DNA from: Leucoraja ocellata
Lineage: Eukaryota
Length of the DNA: 64,000 nucleotides
Direction: 5' to 3'
Assembly (NCBI GenBank): GCA_036785375.1
Contig: JAWMAR010000578.1
Coordinates: 992,001 to 1,056,000 of the forward strand
Part shown: positions 12,387 through 24,778 of the stretch, piece after piece
Layout of the letters: each line of letters begins with the position of its first letter
Numbering within the stretch: the stretch's first letter is position 1
The notes under the pieces: generated by a model
Seen by the model: only the letters and a program-made list of their open reading frames with translations
What the model was told of the DNA's origin: nothing
The model's database searches: none
Position numbers and translations under genes: made by a program

Positions 12387-12906
12387 CTGAAAATTAAGAA
12401 ACTGTAAAGAATTTATACATTTCAGAACAAATATACAAACGGAAGTCAACAAGGCAAATCATTTCGTAGGTGCATTTTAATACCCACATCGGAAAGTTTG
12501 GAAGGTATATCATGAGGCACCAGATGGAAGATAGTAATGGAATCCACAGGACAAACAATTGCCGTTGTATTGTGCCCATGTGTGGAAAGCTGCTTACTGA
12601 CGTTAAACGGAATTTAGGCTTTATCTTCATATATTTAACCAGACAGTAGATATATGCATATCCCAGGACGTTTTTGATCATTACAATCATTATATCAATT
12701 CAGTTTGTCAATTCATCTCACACGGATTTCCTTACAAGAACTGATGGAGTGCAATTCATTTTAAACAGCATGCAAGTGTTGCTTTCATGCAAATACATGC
12801 GAGCCACATTTACCCTTCGCTCCGTGTACGGAAAGCTGTCCAGTTATTAATCTGATCGAATTTGATCTACCGCCCCAATATCATGTGTAACTGGCTCCAG
12901 TCTTAC

Positions 12907-13200
12907 CTTGGCCCAGGGTATAACTGAAACTGGCCGCCACCTTCAGAGAAACATGTGATACCAGACAGGTGTAAATATCTTTGCCCTCCACAGGCTGCGT
13001 TATTTCCAAAGAACTAGTAGCCACAAACAATCCTTCTTCGCTCGTTTTTTTCACAGTTTCGATTCCAGTGCGAATTTCCTCGTTATTTCTTAGCCAGATT
13101 ATTTCTAATTTCTCCGGATAAAAGGCGTCAGTTTTGCACACAAGTTTCCGTGGGGAGCCAAGTCCTTCAGCAGGAACAATTGTCAAGGGAGTTGGGGGAT
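12907..13200 (-). CDS. Gene B C1-set Ig domain exon
   Basis: LVCKTDAFYPEKLEIIWLRN..YTCLVSHVSL: C1 motifs CxxxxFYP, W and YxCxVxH; 294 nt phase 1-1. Confidence 0.9.
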
Positions 13201-15211
13201 CTTAAGCAAAGAAAAAAAAATATCTGTGTTCGCTTTCCATTTCATTGCAAATATTTACATTTTATCTCGCCACCGAGTCGTATTTGTCAATACCAAATTA
13301 TTTAATTTTTAAACTTCCCAGTTTGTCGTTCATTTATACTCCCTTTCCTAGCGGATAACCGGACGAACTCCGCCAAGATACAAAGAGGGTGAATTTAAGG
13401 AGTGCCAACATAATTTAAGGAGTTCCAAAATAAACTCTGTTCTGAATGGACGTTCCCCGGTATCGCGCGAAAGTTTTTGCCAGAAGCCTGCCGTGATTAT
13501 TTAAAAGTGGCCATGTTCGGATCATTCATATGTTGCAAAAGAAATGGAGCCATCATAATCGAAATATAACAGATTTGTATAGTGTGGTGACAGGAAGCGG
13601 TTATACATGAAGATTAATGATGAATCCCGTTAGCACTTTAAGTAGTATATGGATTAAATCTCCTCACCTTGGTCAAAAAGACCCACTTCAACATGTAATC
13701 ACTACTCTACTCTACTCACTCCGACCTGCGCGAGATAACCACATGAGGTGTTGGCGCAGTAATCAACCAGAACCAGAACCAGATATGGGTTTGAAATGCC
13801 GATCACAACCATTTACCTGCATGTGAACCAAGTGCTGGAACACCTACCTTTCTCGCGCATTGAATGCTTTTATTGAAACACCGTGGTATATATTACAAGC
13901 AATCTACGAGCGCACTTATTCTATGTCAGTATGTAGGAAAGAACTACAGAAGCTGGTATAAACCGAACAACAACATCTCTTCGGAGAACGAATGGGTGAC
14001 GTTTCGGATCGAGGTTTGAAGAAGGGTATCGACCCCAAACGTCACTCATTCCTTCTACCCAGAGATGCTGCCTGCCCCGCTGAGTTACTCCAGCATTTTG
14101 TGTCTCTATACAAATCAGTTCCATCTGTTGTGCCAACTTGGCGACAGTGAATCGACATCGTTAGATCGGCGTTAATGATGATAGCTGGCAGAAGCCAAAC
14201 GAGGGAAAAGAACAAGCTCTGTTTCTCGCTGTGCAGATTCTACTCATTTAGGTCTGCACGTAAAAGGCCCTATATTTGGCATTTATTAACGCGAACTCCT
14301 TCCGTACGAGCTGCAGCCGGTGTCTAACTGGACGGGGAGTTGATTGTTGGGTTGCTTTGTCCGTTTATTACAAATCTTTAGAAAGCTTGACTTAATTCAC
14401 TTAATCAGGATTATCTTTAACGATGAAATAAATGTTACTGTTTATTCCCGGACTTTAAATAATTTCAGTTGCGATGTTGTTTACTTCTTTTTTCCCCCGT
14501 ACGGTGCCAAATTGCTTGAATAGACTGAGGTTATGCCTGACAAAATTAGTGTCAAGCGATTTCAAAAAAAAGAAAAAATATTTCATTGAAGTAGCTTGGA
14601 ATCAGCAGCGATGAGTCCCACATGTTGGAATACCAAGGTCCTTGGGTTGCAGCAGCACATTGGTCTTATGAGGTTCTAAAGCTGTCGATGTAGAATTAGA
14701 GGCATGACAGACTCTACCATCGACGTATTAAAATTGCTCCTACTCTCTTTTCTTAGTGATGAGAAACCTGGATATCACACTCCAGCCACTCAAACTAACA
14801 GGAATATTATTTAAACATCTCATTGCAAAACATTTCTAACCTCAGAATGAACTCCTTCCATCTCAGCATTTACCCGCTCTTAGCGATACATCCATCTGGG
14901 AGATTGGCCTAAAATTCGGGACCGCTAAATGAATGGGCTGCGCCCATTCATAGCGGCAATGAAAAGGAGTCTCGCATAGTATCGTACAATGAACAGAATA
15001 ACCCTCAATACCCACGCGTCCCACAAGTGCTACTCGACCTGGTGATTATGTACATTGTGCTTTGTTTCATTTTGAATTACTGGTCCCTGTAATTTAAAAT
15101 TGTTATTACCGGATATTTATCAACAGGCGATTTTTCATATTATCCTCGCGACTAGACTTTACAAATGACATAGAACTGAAAATTGCTTATTTCCCTAACA
15201 CACACACTCAC

Positions 15212-15517
15212 CAAATACGGTGATCAGGCTGCCACTTCCATTCCCGATAATCTGATGCTTGAACTTCACTTGACAGTAATACAGGCCGGAGTCAGCGACA
15301 CGCACATGTTGGAGAGTAAATATTTCCCTTCCAGAATCTATCGTAAATTGTTTTCTACTGTCCGGTTCAAGGAATGTCTTCATGCCGTCCCTCCACCAAT
15401 TAACGCCAATAGTGTCTTTCGATATTGGAAATGTGCAATACATGATAGCATGTTCACCGCCGCCAACGTCCAAGATGGCAGGGAATTGGGACACTCTGGT
15501 CGAATAGACTTCGGTAG
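15212..15517 (-). CDS. Gene B VJ-type V-set Ig domain exon
   Basis: MYC..VNWWR..DSGLYYC..GNGSGSLITV (J-like GxG G strand); 306 nt phase 1-1 with cag/gtgag boundaries. Confidence 0.92.
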
Positions 15518-15710
15518 CTGTCGGGGAAAAAGCAAGAACAATTGAAACATTTGTAAACACTGGACAGAGAAAACAGGAACCAACTGTCGAAAAGCACGAA
15601 ACAACTATAAACCCACGAGGGCCTAATAGATGAACCTAATAGCTCGAAACCAGGTCCGAATTTTCGAAAAATAATACTTAGACCAGAAATGGCACACATT
15701 TTAACTATAC

Positions 15711-15765
15711 CCTGCGTTAGTATGACCAGAAGAGCCATGGACCAAACTCTAACTTTCACCGACAT
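15711..15765 (-). CDS. Gene B signal peptide exon (MSVKVRVWSMALLVILTQ/G)
   Basis: 55 nt, CAGG|gtatag donor, hydrophobic core. Confidence 0.85.
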
Positions 15766-16916
15766 ATTACAAGAATAAATTGCCAACTTGTTGTTAGTTT
15801 ACTCAAAACTTGCTCTGCGGAAAAGGAAATTATGAGTAAATATATGAAACGTGACCGTGACGTAATATATCCCACGACTGTGGCTCGTGCGGCGGGAGAG
15901 GTCATAGTTCGGCCCATTCCCATTGTAACAAAGCCTTCCAATACTTCCTGAAACGTGTTCACAACCTCCTCCCGTAGCATCGAGATTTTTACTCGGAATT
16001 AAATATGCATCAGCTGCCTACTCAGTTAATTGTCACAAATCGTTCCGCGTAGAAGGTAAGGAGTGCATGTGAATATTTAGATGCACAAACGTAAACACCC
16101 ACCTTCCCTTGAATCTCCCTCCCTTCCCAATGGGTGTTGTGCTCTTTCGCTCTTTCGATTATATACATTCAAACAACAATCACCCATTTCGTTTCTTCCT
16201 GTTCAGCCCTCACCATCGCCATCCGCAGCTTTCTATTGATTATGTTTCCATCTGACGTTTTTAACACTAACTCCGGTTGCTATTCCTACAAAACCAAATC
16301 TCCATGCTGGTTTTTGTTAACTAATATTTCTACTATTTACATAAACACAATTGCAGCAATATTCTATGGGGAGTCCAGCAGAAAATTGGCGCCAAGCCGC
16401 GACAGCTAACGTATGAATGAAATCTATGTTTTTTCTTCCGATAATGCCCAGTAGAGCAATCAACTTATGCTGTTGACATCCACACAACCCAGGAGAATAG
16501 GGGCTGTAAATTAATCGAATGGGCCAATATAAATTAGGGAGATTTAAACCAAACTGTTAATCTTATAATTTCCTCCAAAGTATTGTTTTAAAAATCGTAG
16601 AAATGAAGGATTACTTAAAGTTTGGACTACAGGCAAGAAGCCAACGTGGTGAGCGAGGCGGTTTGAACTATTTATGTTTTCCCCGTATCGTGGTTATACT
16701 CACATTCCTCTGCACAAACCAATGATTTTGGCTTCAGAACACACATTAAATTGCACGAGCAGAAACCTGTTGTAGACCAAATGGTTAAGTAATTTTCGTG
16801 TAATTTAAATGTTTGATGCGCCTCACTTAGAGACCTTGTGCCGTTCAATGGAAGGACATAATATTCCAAATATACACAGTAATTCTCTGGATATTTTTTA
16901 AATTACTGAAATCGGG

Positions 16917-17219
16917 CAGGACCGTATCGCAGTAGTAGAGTTGCTGCACTTACAGCGCCAGAGACCTGGGTTCGATCCCGACTGCGAGTGCTGTCTGTAT
17001 GGAGTTTGTACGTTCGTCCCGTGACTAGCTTGGGTTTTCTCTGGGCGCTCCGGTTTCCGCCCACATTCCAAAGACGTACATGTTCGTAGGTTGATTGGCT
17101 TCGGTAAAGATTGCAAATTGCCCCTGTCTTGCAGGATAGTGCTAATGTACGGGGTGATCGCTGGTCGGCGCGGACTCTGTGGGTCGAAGGGCCTGTTTCC
17201 GCGCTGTATCTCTAAACTA
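16917..17219 (+). mobile_element. tRNA-derived V-SINE (HE1-like)
   Basis: B-box-like GGTTCGATCCC, V-domain-like GGAGTTTGTACGTTC..CTCCGGTTTCC..CCACA, CR1-like 3' end; duplicate at ~31373-31674. Confidence 0.8.
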
Positions 17220-18197
17220 TTGCTAAAAATACTGTTTCTGAAAATGGCTTCTATTTGAACTTCCATGTGAGGATTGCGTAATATTCGGGTTTTAAGTCTG
17301 TCCACATTAACCGTTCAAACGAAGAGCTGCAACAAGAACATTCCGGTTTGTGATGCTGGTCTTGAAGATAATGAAGTCTGGACTCAGATTTAAAGCGGCA
17401 CGTTGTTTCTTGTTTAGTGAAGACAGCAGTGTAAAGAAACCAGCGGCAGTTCGAGAAAACCTCAGTACACGGCAAATCTGACAAATTAAGGATTTATGTG
17501 CATGTTTACAAGCTACTGTCAGCGATGAGCTGTTCTGCAATAATGGGCCAATAATAATCTTACAAAATGGATTTGAAGACATTTTATTGTCACATTTTGA
17601 GGTAATGCATCGGTATATTCCCATTGTTTAATAGAAAAAAATATTGTGATACCGCAAGCGACTACTGAAAAAGATCATGTTTGCATTATTAATTTAACTT
17701 CGATTAAATGTTTCCAAGACGGCTCCTATATTTTTAAAGTTTCATTAAATTAGATTCATTTAGTAAACAGCAGGCGCGGAAAGCTTTGGGCAACATAATT
17801 TTGTTTTCCATAACGTTAGACCCTTACATTGTTGATGACCTCATCGCAGATACGTTTTCCAAATATTATTAACAATGTCTGATGGGAATAATTGGTTAGA
17901 TTGCGTTTTTATTCTCCTTTCGACAAGATGTGTTGGATTGCCATTGACAAGAAAATACTGTTTTCTCCCGTTTGGTGGAATTGACTGGAATCCTGCAACA
18001 GGTCAGATTGCGAAATAGAACTAACGTCTCGAGTTGATCATTTCTGTGATAATATAGAAATATTTACTGTTTCTCTTTCTCCACAGATTGTCCTCGACGA
18101 CCTAGAATTCACAATATTTCGTGATTAATTTCAGATTTCAAAGTATCTGCAATCTAGCATTATCCAGTAATTATCTTGCCAGAACTTTTCCAAGTGA

Positions 18198-18497
18198 TCG
18201 CAGCGGTAGAGTTGCTGCCGAACAGCACTTGCAGCGCCAGGGACCCGGGTTCGATCCCGACTACGGGGACTGTCTGTACGGGGTTTGTACGTTCTCCCCG
18301 TGACCGCGTGGGTTTTCTTTCTCCGGTTTCTTCCCACACTCCAAAGTCGTGCAGGCATGTAGGTAAATGGCTTGGTAAATGTAAAACATGTCCCTAGCGT
18401 GGGTAGGATAGTGCTAATATGCGTTGATCGCTTATCGGCGCGGACTCGGTGGGCCGAAGTGCCAGTTTTCGTGCTGCATCTCTAAACTAAATTAAAC
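18198..18497 (+). mobile_element. tRNA-derived V-SINE (HE1-like)
   Basis: Same structure as the SINE at 16917; duplicate at ~32645-32945. Confidence 0.8.
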
Positions 18498-18900
18498 AAA
18501 ACTGGAATTTAGATGTAGACTGAAAATGTAAATGCATTAAACGCATATCCCCGACGGTCATCAATTGCGACATTATGCCAGTCAATCTGCATTCTCCTTA
18601 TCCATTCGAGCGCCCACTAAAGTCTATGGACTTTATAGTTATTGCCAGCAAGTTGCCTCTAATTACAGGCGATATCTTCTTTTTGTAAATACAATCATCA
18701 CAACTTGTCAAATGTTGTATGGAGTACGTACTAAGCGCACCCACATAGGTCAAGTGCACAGGGGTAGTCTTTCCAGTAATCCTCATGGATATATTTCAGC
18801 TCCTCTATGCCGGAGAGGCACCACACGTCTCTGCTCTTCTGAGCAAAAGTGACAACGCGTCAACCATATGAAATACCCGGGACTCCAAGCAGTCAAGAAT

Positions 18901-19167
18901 ATAACCATATAACCATATAACCATATAACAATTACAGCACGGAAACAGGCCATCTCGACCCTTCTAGTCCGTGCCGAACACATAATCCCCCCTAGTCCCA
19001 TATACCTGCGCCCAGACCATAACCCTCCATTCCCTTCCATCCATATAACTATCCAATTTATTTTTAAATGATAAAAACGAACCTGCCTCCACCACCTTCA
19101 CTGGAAGCTCATTCCACACAGCTACCACTCTCTGAGTAAAGACCACACAGCTACCACTCTCTGAGTA
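18901..19167 (-). mobile_element. CR1 (family 2) 3' fragment, specific to unit 1
   Basis: (taaccata)n tail; AAGAAT TSD at 18895-18900 and 19168-19173; empty site at ~33341 in unit 2. Confidence 0.9.
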
Positions 19168-19274
19168 AAGAATGATGAAACAGATAATATTTTTGAATCA
19201 TTTCGTTTCATCTTGACTTATAATGCGTCAGGTAATGGCACATCGTTCCATGCTCTCAGAGAAAGGGTAACATT

Positions 19275-19705
19275 GAACAAGATTGCTCTTTATTCTTTGG
19301 AGCGCAGAAGGTTAAGGGGGGACTTGATAGGTCTTTAAAATTATGAGAGGGATAGACAGAGTTGACGCGGATAAGCTTTTCCCGTTGAGAGTAGCGGAGA
19401 TTCAAACAAGAGGACATGATTTGAGAATTAAGGGACAAATGTTTAGGGGTAACATGAGGGGAAACCTCTTTACTCAGAGAGTGGTAGCTGTGTGGAATGA
19501 GCTTCCAGTGGAAGTGGTGGAGGCAGGTTCGATTTTATCATTTAAAAATAAATTGGATAGGTATACGGACGGCAAAGGAATGGAGGGTTATGGTCTGAGT
19601 GCAGATAGATGGGACTAGGTGAGAGTAAGTGTTCGGCACGGACTAGAAGGGCCGAGATGGCCTGTTTCCGTGCTGTAAATTGTTATATGGTTATATTATA
19701 TAGTT
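19275..19705 (+). mobile_element. CR1 (family 2) 3' fragment shared by both duplication units
   Basis: MRGIDRVD..TRGHDL..FTQRVVAVWNELP; copy at ~33450-33875. Confidence 0.9.
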
Positions 19706-20070
19706 ACATTTAAAAATCAGCCATTTAATTGCCATGAAGAAGTTTACCTCGTATTTATTTTTTCCCCAGAACGAACACGAAATAATTAAGGAAAGACCAA
19801 TAAAGGAAAGAGGGGTCTCAACCCGAAAGGTCACCCATTCCTTCTCTCCAGTGATGCTGCCTGTCCCGCTGTGTTACTCCAGCATTGTGTGCCTTCCTGC
19901 CAAATAATGAAGATTACAGTACAACCTTAGAAATGTATCATTGCCGGAGGCAGACTTTTAAGAAATGGTCTTAAATTAAACTTCTTGTTCTACACTTAAG
20001 TTTCCAAGGTGATAACGCGAGCTGTCGGTGACTTGTTTGTTTCAGATAGGCACAGCGTTCGACCGCAAGC

Positions 20071-20292
20071 CTTTCCATGACGTCGCCATCAGACTCGCGA
20101 GAACAGTTCTATTCTCATGCTGTGTGTTATTTCTATCTTGTCAAGCTAGAAATGCAGTGGTCAGTTAGTTAGTCAGTAGATGATTAGTTAGTCAGTAGAC
20201 GATGGAAAAAACTTAGTTCCGTTCCATCTTTTTTATAGAAACGTTGCAGAAGCTCGCATGGACCCATTCGTGTTTGCGAATTACAAGCAGAA
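20071..20292. promoter_or_regulatory. Paralog-conserved non-coding element upstream of gene B (copy at 34240-34445 upstream of C)
   Basis: ctttccatgacgtcgccatcagactcgcgag..catcttttttatag..gcgaattac aligns with 63840-64000 and 4136-4226. Confidence 0.5.
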
Positions 20293-20623
20293 GTCTAAAA
20301 TTAAATCTGATTGGAAGGGCATAACGCTTCGTCCCAATGGAACAAATAAGAGGCATCTAAAAAGCGCATAACAAGGACGGCGTATACGCATATACATAAT
20401 TTAATTTAAATATGCAGATTTATAATTCGCAGTTGAAGTAGTGAGAATCGAACGTTATTTGCCGCTATTTGCTTTCATCTCCGAAAGCAAATAGATCATA
20501 AAACATACAACAGTTAAACACTGCAACGGGTCTCTCGGACTAGTATGTCTACGCGGAACATGATGCGAAGATAAACTAATCTCCTCTATTTGCATATGAT
20601 GCACATCCCACCATGCCTTATTT

Positions 20624-20651
20624 CTGAAGAAGGGTCTCGACGCGAAACGTC
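20624..20651 (+). ncRNA. Minimal hammerhead-ribozyme-like core in a Penelope-derived repeat (copy at 34761-34788)
   Basis: CTGAAGA-a-GGGTC-tc-GACgC-GAAAC-GTC. Confidence 0.5.
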
Positions 20652-21142
20652 ACCCATTCCATTTCTCCAGAGATGCCGCCTGTCCCGCTGAGTTCTCAAG
20701 CTTTGTGTGTCTATCTTAGATTTAAAGCAGCATCTGCAGTTCCTTTGTACATATTTATATGCCTATCGAAAAGACCCTTCAAAAACTGCTGTCTTATCTT
20801 CTCCCAGCACCCGTGGTAACGCGTTCCAGGCCCTTTCCGCGTCAAAAACTGGCCGATAACACTCAAACTCTGACGTTAAAGCAATACCTTCCTATCTTTC
20901 ATAGGTTCTGACGAACAACACTATCCGTGCCTCTCGTTATTTCCAATTCTTCAGCCAGGTGGCCAGTCTCAGAAGAAATCACGCGGAGCGTTTTATTGTC
21001 ATATGTCACAGATAGAACTACGGCATTCTTATTTCCAGTAGCACAACAGAATATGTAAACATAGTACACTGTGAGCAAAACTATAAACAGGAAAAAAAAG
21101 TCCAGTGTGTATATATAACATACATTTACACACACACATATA

Positions 21143-22265
21143 TCTATATTACTAAAAGTCTGATCTTGACCACTTCCTGTTGTTCTGTATATTGATTTTT
21201 AGAAAAAAAACGCTGCCACTGATGGCTGTGATTTTTGGCCATCTTACTTAGAGTCCCCTTCCGCTGCGCAGGACAAGAGGATTTTTCCCATCGATTAAAA
21301 ATAAAGGAGTTATTAGTGTTTTAAAAATGTTGAGATTCTCTCTCCTGAAGCGACTATGAAACCCGGAAGTGTTGAGTGCCTCAGTCAGTCTCTGCAAGAT
21401 GGGGGAGCGAGAGGGTAATGTCTCTCAATCTGAACTGTAAATAAAACTGAAAACATGTCTACTAAACTGTGAGTGGTTTTACTGACCTGGCAGTGCCCTT
21501 AATGTGGTTTGAAAATATAGTTTGGAAATGCTAAATCTGTGCTGCCTTTGGGTTGGAAATGCTAAAGCTGTGTTGCCTAATTAAAGTTGCCTTGCCTAAT
21601 TAAAGTTGCATAATTAAAGTTGCCTTGTCTAATTAAAGCTGCCTTGCCTAATTAAAGTTGCCTTGCCCAATTAAAGTTGCCTTGCCTTCTATATAATAAA
21701 TGTCTAATCTTGACCACTTCCCGTTTACGCTTTGTATTGATTTTAGCAACAATGCTACCACGTACGGCTGTGATTTTTGGATATCTTACTCAGAGTACCC
21801 CTCCACTAATCAGGTGCCGAGGATTTTTCCCATTAATGAAAAATAAAAGTTATTATTAGTGTTTAAAAAAATGTTGATATTCTCTCGCCTGTTAATCACG
21901 CCATGAAGGCGACGCCCCTTCTGGTGGGAGGGGGTGGGAGGGACTATAAAACCCAGAAGTGTGGGCGTGGCTCAGTCTCTGCAAGATGGAGGAGGGAGAG
22001 GTCACGACTGCTGTCTTTAGTGGCCTTGCACCCTGCTTGAAATGGTATGGAACTGCACTTGAATTTGGTGGCCTTGCACCCTGCTTGAAATGGAATTTCA
22101 AGGAATAGCAGTGAGTCAACTGCCAGTCCACCAGCCGTGAGTGAGTGAGCTGCCAGCAAAACAGGCATGTGTGACCGAGCCGCCAGCCCAAGAATCCATT
22201 CGGTCCACTATGTCCATACTAGCCCTCTGGAAACCAGTCCCTTCAGACCACAACACCATACTAGC
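21143..22265 (+). mobile_element. Helitron-like non-autonomous element with duplicated 5' module (copy ~35283-36424)
   Basis: Starts a|TCTATATT.., module repeated at ~21687, ends near ..ATACTAG; contains a 19-bp minisatellite. Confidence 0.45.
21579..21687. repeat. 19-bp minisatellite aattaaagttgccttgcct x6
   Basis: Direct reading; the unit-2 copy at 35716-35843 has 7 units. Confidence 0.9.
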
Positions 22266-22309
22266 GCTCCAGAAAGCCCCCCACCCCATTGTCCACCAAT
22301 ATTGGTATT

Positions 22310-22500
22310 TGTTGAGTGGTGGGTTACTTGAAGTTGGAGGTCAATATTCATACCGCTGTGGGGTAAGCTTCCCAAGCGACATATTCGGTGCTCTTCCTCC
22401 AATTTGCACTGAGCCCCACGCTGATGGGGGTGTTAAAGTGTTTAGTAATGGGAGATCTGGTAGGTTTATGTGGAGGTTTATGCTTCGCTACTAAACTGTG
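22310..22500 (-). mobile_element. Penelope-like element remnant (GIY-YIG C-terminus); copy ~36480-36660
   Basis: PITKHFN.. and LEEEHRICRLGSL..SGMNID resemble PLE endonuclease-end motifs (HFN; E..LIFRLG.L.P.GLN). Confidence 0.6.
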
Positions 22501-24628
22501 GGAAATCGATTTCCTGTGGTCATTAGGAATAGTACTTAGCGAAGAGAATTTGCAGATAATTGTCCTGGTCAATCTTGTGGATAGTTGATTTTGAAATAAA
22601 TTATCCAGATTTGCAGGTGCGGCCCGCTGCTTGAGTCGGTGGCACAAGTTCATGGAAATTCAGGTGTCAGGGGTTATGGGGAGATGACAGGAGAGTGGAG
22701 TTAGGAGGGAGAGATAGATCACCCATGATTGAATGGCGGAGTAGACTTGATGGGACGATGGCCTAATTCTATTCCTATCACTTATGACCTTCTGACAAGT
22801 TAAACTCATTCACAAGAGTTAATGTTATTAAACTATTCACAAGAGCAGTAGATTATAATTTCAGATAAGGGGAAATCGCGCTAGTGAGAAGCGAGAAGGG
22901 ATAGGCAAACACGAATAAATTGCTACATCATCCCAAGAGCAAGATTATACATATGGCCTGTGGCACACTCTGGCATTCACATTATTTCACTAAGTCATAG
23001 GTGCATCAGTGGAAAGAATCATAAACCGTTTGCAATTTGTGCACAGTCTTGATATTAGTAAGTTGCATCACCATCCAGTGTGGACGATTTAATTCACACC
23101 TTTAGTTGAATACAGCACAATGGATTTAATGTAAACAGAAATCTGCCTATGTAACTGACCAAGTGACATACATTTCTGAAGGTCAGTCTGAAGACGGGAT
23201 CTAAACCGAATGGTCGTCTCTCCATTTGCCTCAACAGATTTTGCCTGCCTGCTGATTTCTTGCAGTTCAAGATTCCAGCGCCTTCAGTCTCTTGTGACAC
23301 CATATATTTTTTCGTAATGAATTATCAGGATCTATTGAAAATCATAATTCATCCATGACGAATCGGTCGTATTTGATTAAATGACATTAGTTTTCCATCT
23401 ATTTATCTGATTGATTTCATAATGAGACGTACAGGATGAATACAGTGACAAGTGGGCGCACTGTTTCAGCATCCAGAACACAGTCCGCAGGGAGCTGCAT
23501 GGACGGTTACTACACATTAAGATATTTGAGACTGCCATTGCTGGGATCTTGAGGAAAACAGCAAAGCGGTGGAGGAACTCAGCAGGCGAGGCAGCATCTG
23601 TGGAGGGAATGGGCAGACGACGTGTCAGATTAGAACCCTTCTTCAGAATAGTGTGGATTAAACTGGAAGATACCTGGGGTGGGACGAAACCGATCCAGTG
23701 ATAGGTGGATGCAGATGATGGGTGAAATTGTCATGTCGAGAAGGCGGCGGTTGTATATGTAAAAAGGGAAGGGTGTGTGTGTATGCGCGCGTCTGTGTGT
23801 GTGTGTGTGTGTGTGTGTCGCCGGGTGGGGTTGGGGGGGGGGGGGGGGGGGGTGGATCTCAGAACACGAGCGCTCAGTCCGCCAAGGTCTGCTGGTGCTT
23901 CCAGTCACTACATGCTGATGCACGTACTGATTTGCTTTGCTTTTTACGTGGAACATATGAAGTTACCAACACTAATGTCTGGGCAAATGGAACCATCCGT
24001 GCAGAACTTACATCTTCTGTTCCACTGTAGGTGGCTATGCCACTGACGTCACTGAGGCGCTTTGCTCCGCCGGGCTATCATCACATGACTGACTAATTCC
24101 ATTTCATTACAAGTGTATTCAATGGTAGTGCCCTTGATTGGTTGATGGGTTTCTTCGGATTTCCTTCTCTGGTTTGTGTTGACGTTAGTGTATTTCGAAA
24201 CAAATGAGAGGACAAAGGCTCAGGTGCATTGAAAAAGCATGGAATTTAATGAAGGGAAAATATATTGGTTGCACAACTGAATAATCGGCGGGTTTTTTTT
24301 AAATCAGACATCATTAAGTGACATGTTATCACGAACGGACGTGGCCATAGTTTCTTCACAAAGCACCAGCGACATTATTCACATTTGAGAACAGAAATAA
24401 AATAAACAAATACGATTTTTAAAATATACAACAAATGCAAATTGGCACTTTCATCCCTGCTTTCAGAAAGTGTTGGATGCTTGTTAGATGATGGTCATTT
24501 ACACCAAAACATTGACTCAATGCAGGTGAAAACGACCTGCAGCTCCCACGATTGTTACCATGGGAGTTCATTAGCTTGGCTGTAATGATCAGAAAGTAGC
24601 AATATTTCCGCCTGCAATTATTCACAGT

Positions 24629-24778
24629 CTACAGCTTCGATTTCCAGCTTCGCTCCTTCTTTAAAACATTTCCATCTGCATAAGGTACATGTTCCTCTTT
24701 CTGGTTAAATGTTACTGCTGATTGGAGTTGAGTAACTGCAAATCGACATGATATAACGTAGAATCTATCATCTTTAGT
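24629..24778 (-). CDS. E-derived terminal cytoplasmic exon, now downstream of gene C: TKDDRFYVISCRFAVTQLQSAVTFNQKEEHVPYADGNVLKKERSWKSKL*
   Basis: ttactttcacag|ACTAAAG acceptor, as in the B and D terminal exons; EHVPYAD matches D's EHPVYAD; ITIMs degenerate. Confidence 0.55.
   Translation of the reverse strand, partial: TKDDRFYVISCRFAVTQLQSAVTFNQKEEHVPYADGNVLKKERSWKSKL

Noticed and set aside
15180-15212. Rearranging TCR/Ig V segments with RSS
   Set aside because: Each V exon already includes the J-like G strand and ends at a GT donor; no heptamer-spacer-nonamer follows any V.
16960-16985. tRNA gene
   Set aside because: The B-box-like sequence belongs to a tRNA-derived SINE head; no cloverleaf.
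21579-21687. CRISPR-like array
   Set aside because: Head-to-tail 19-bp repeats without spacers in eukaryotic DNA; this is a minisatellite.
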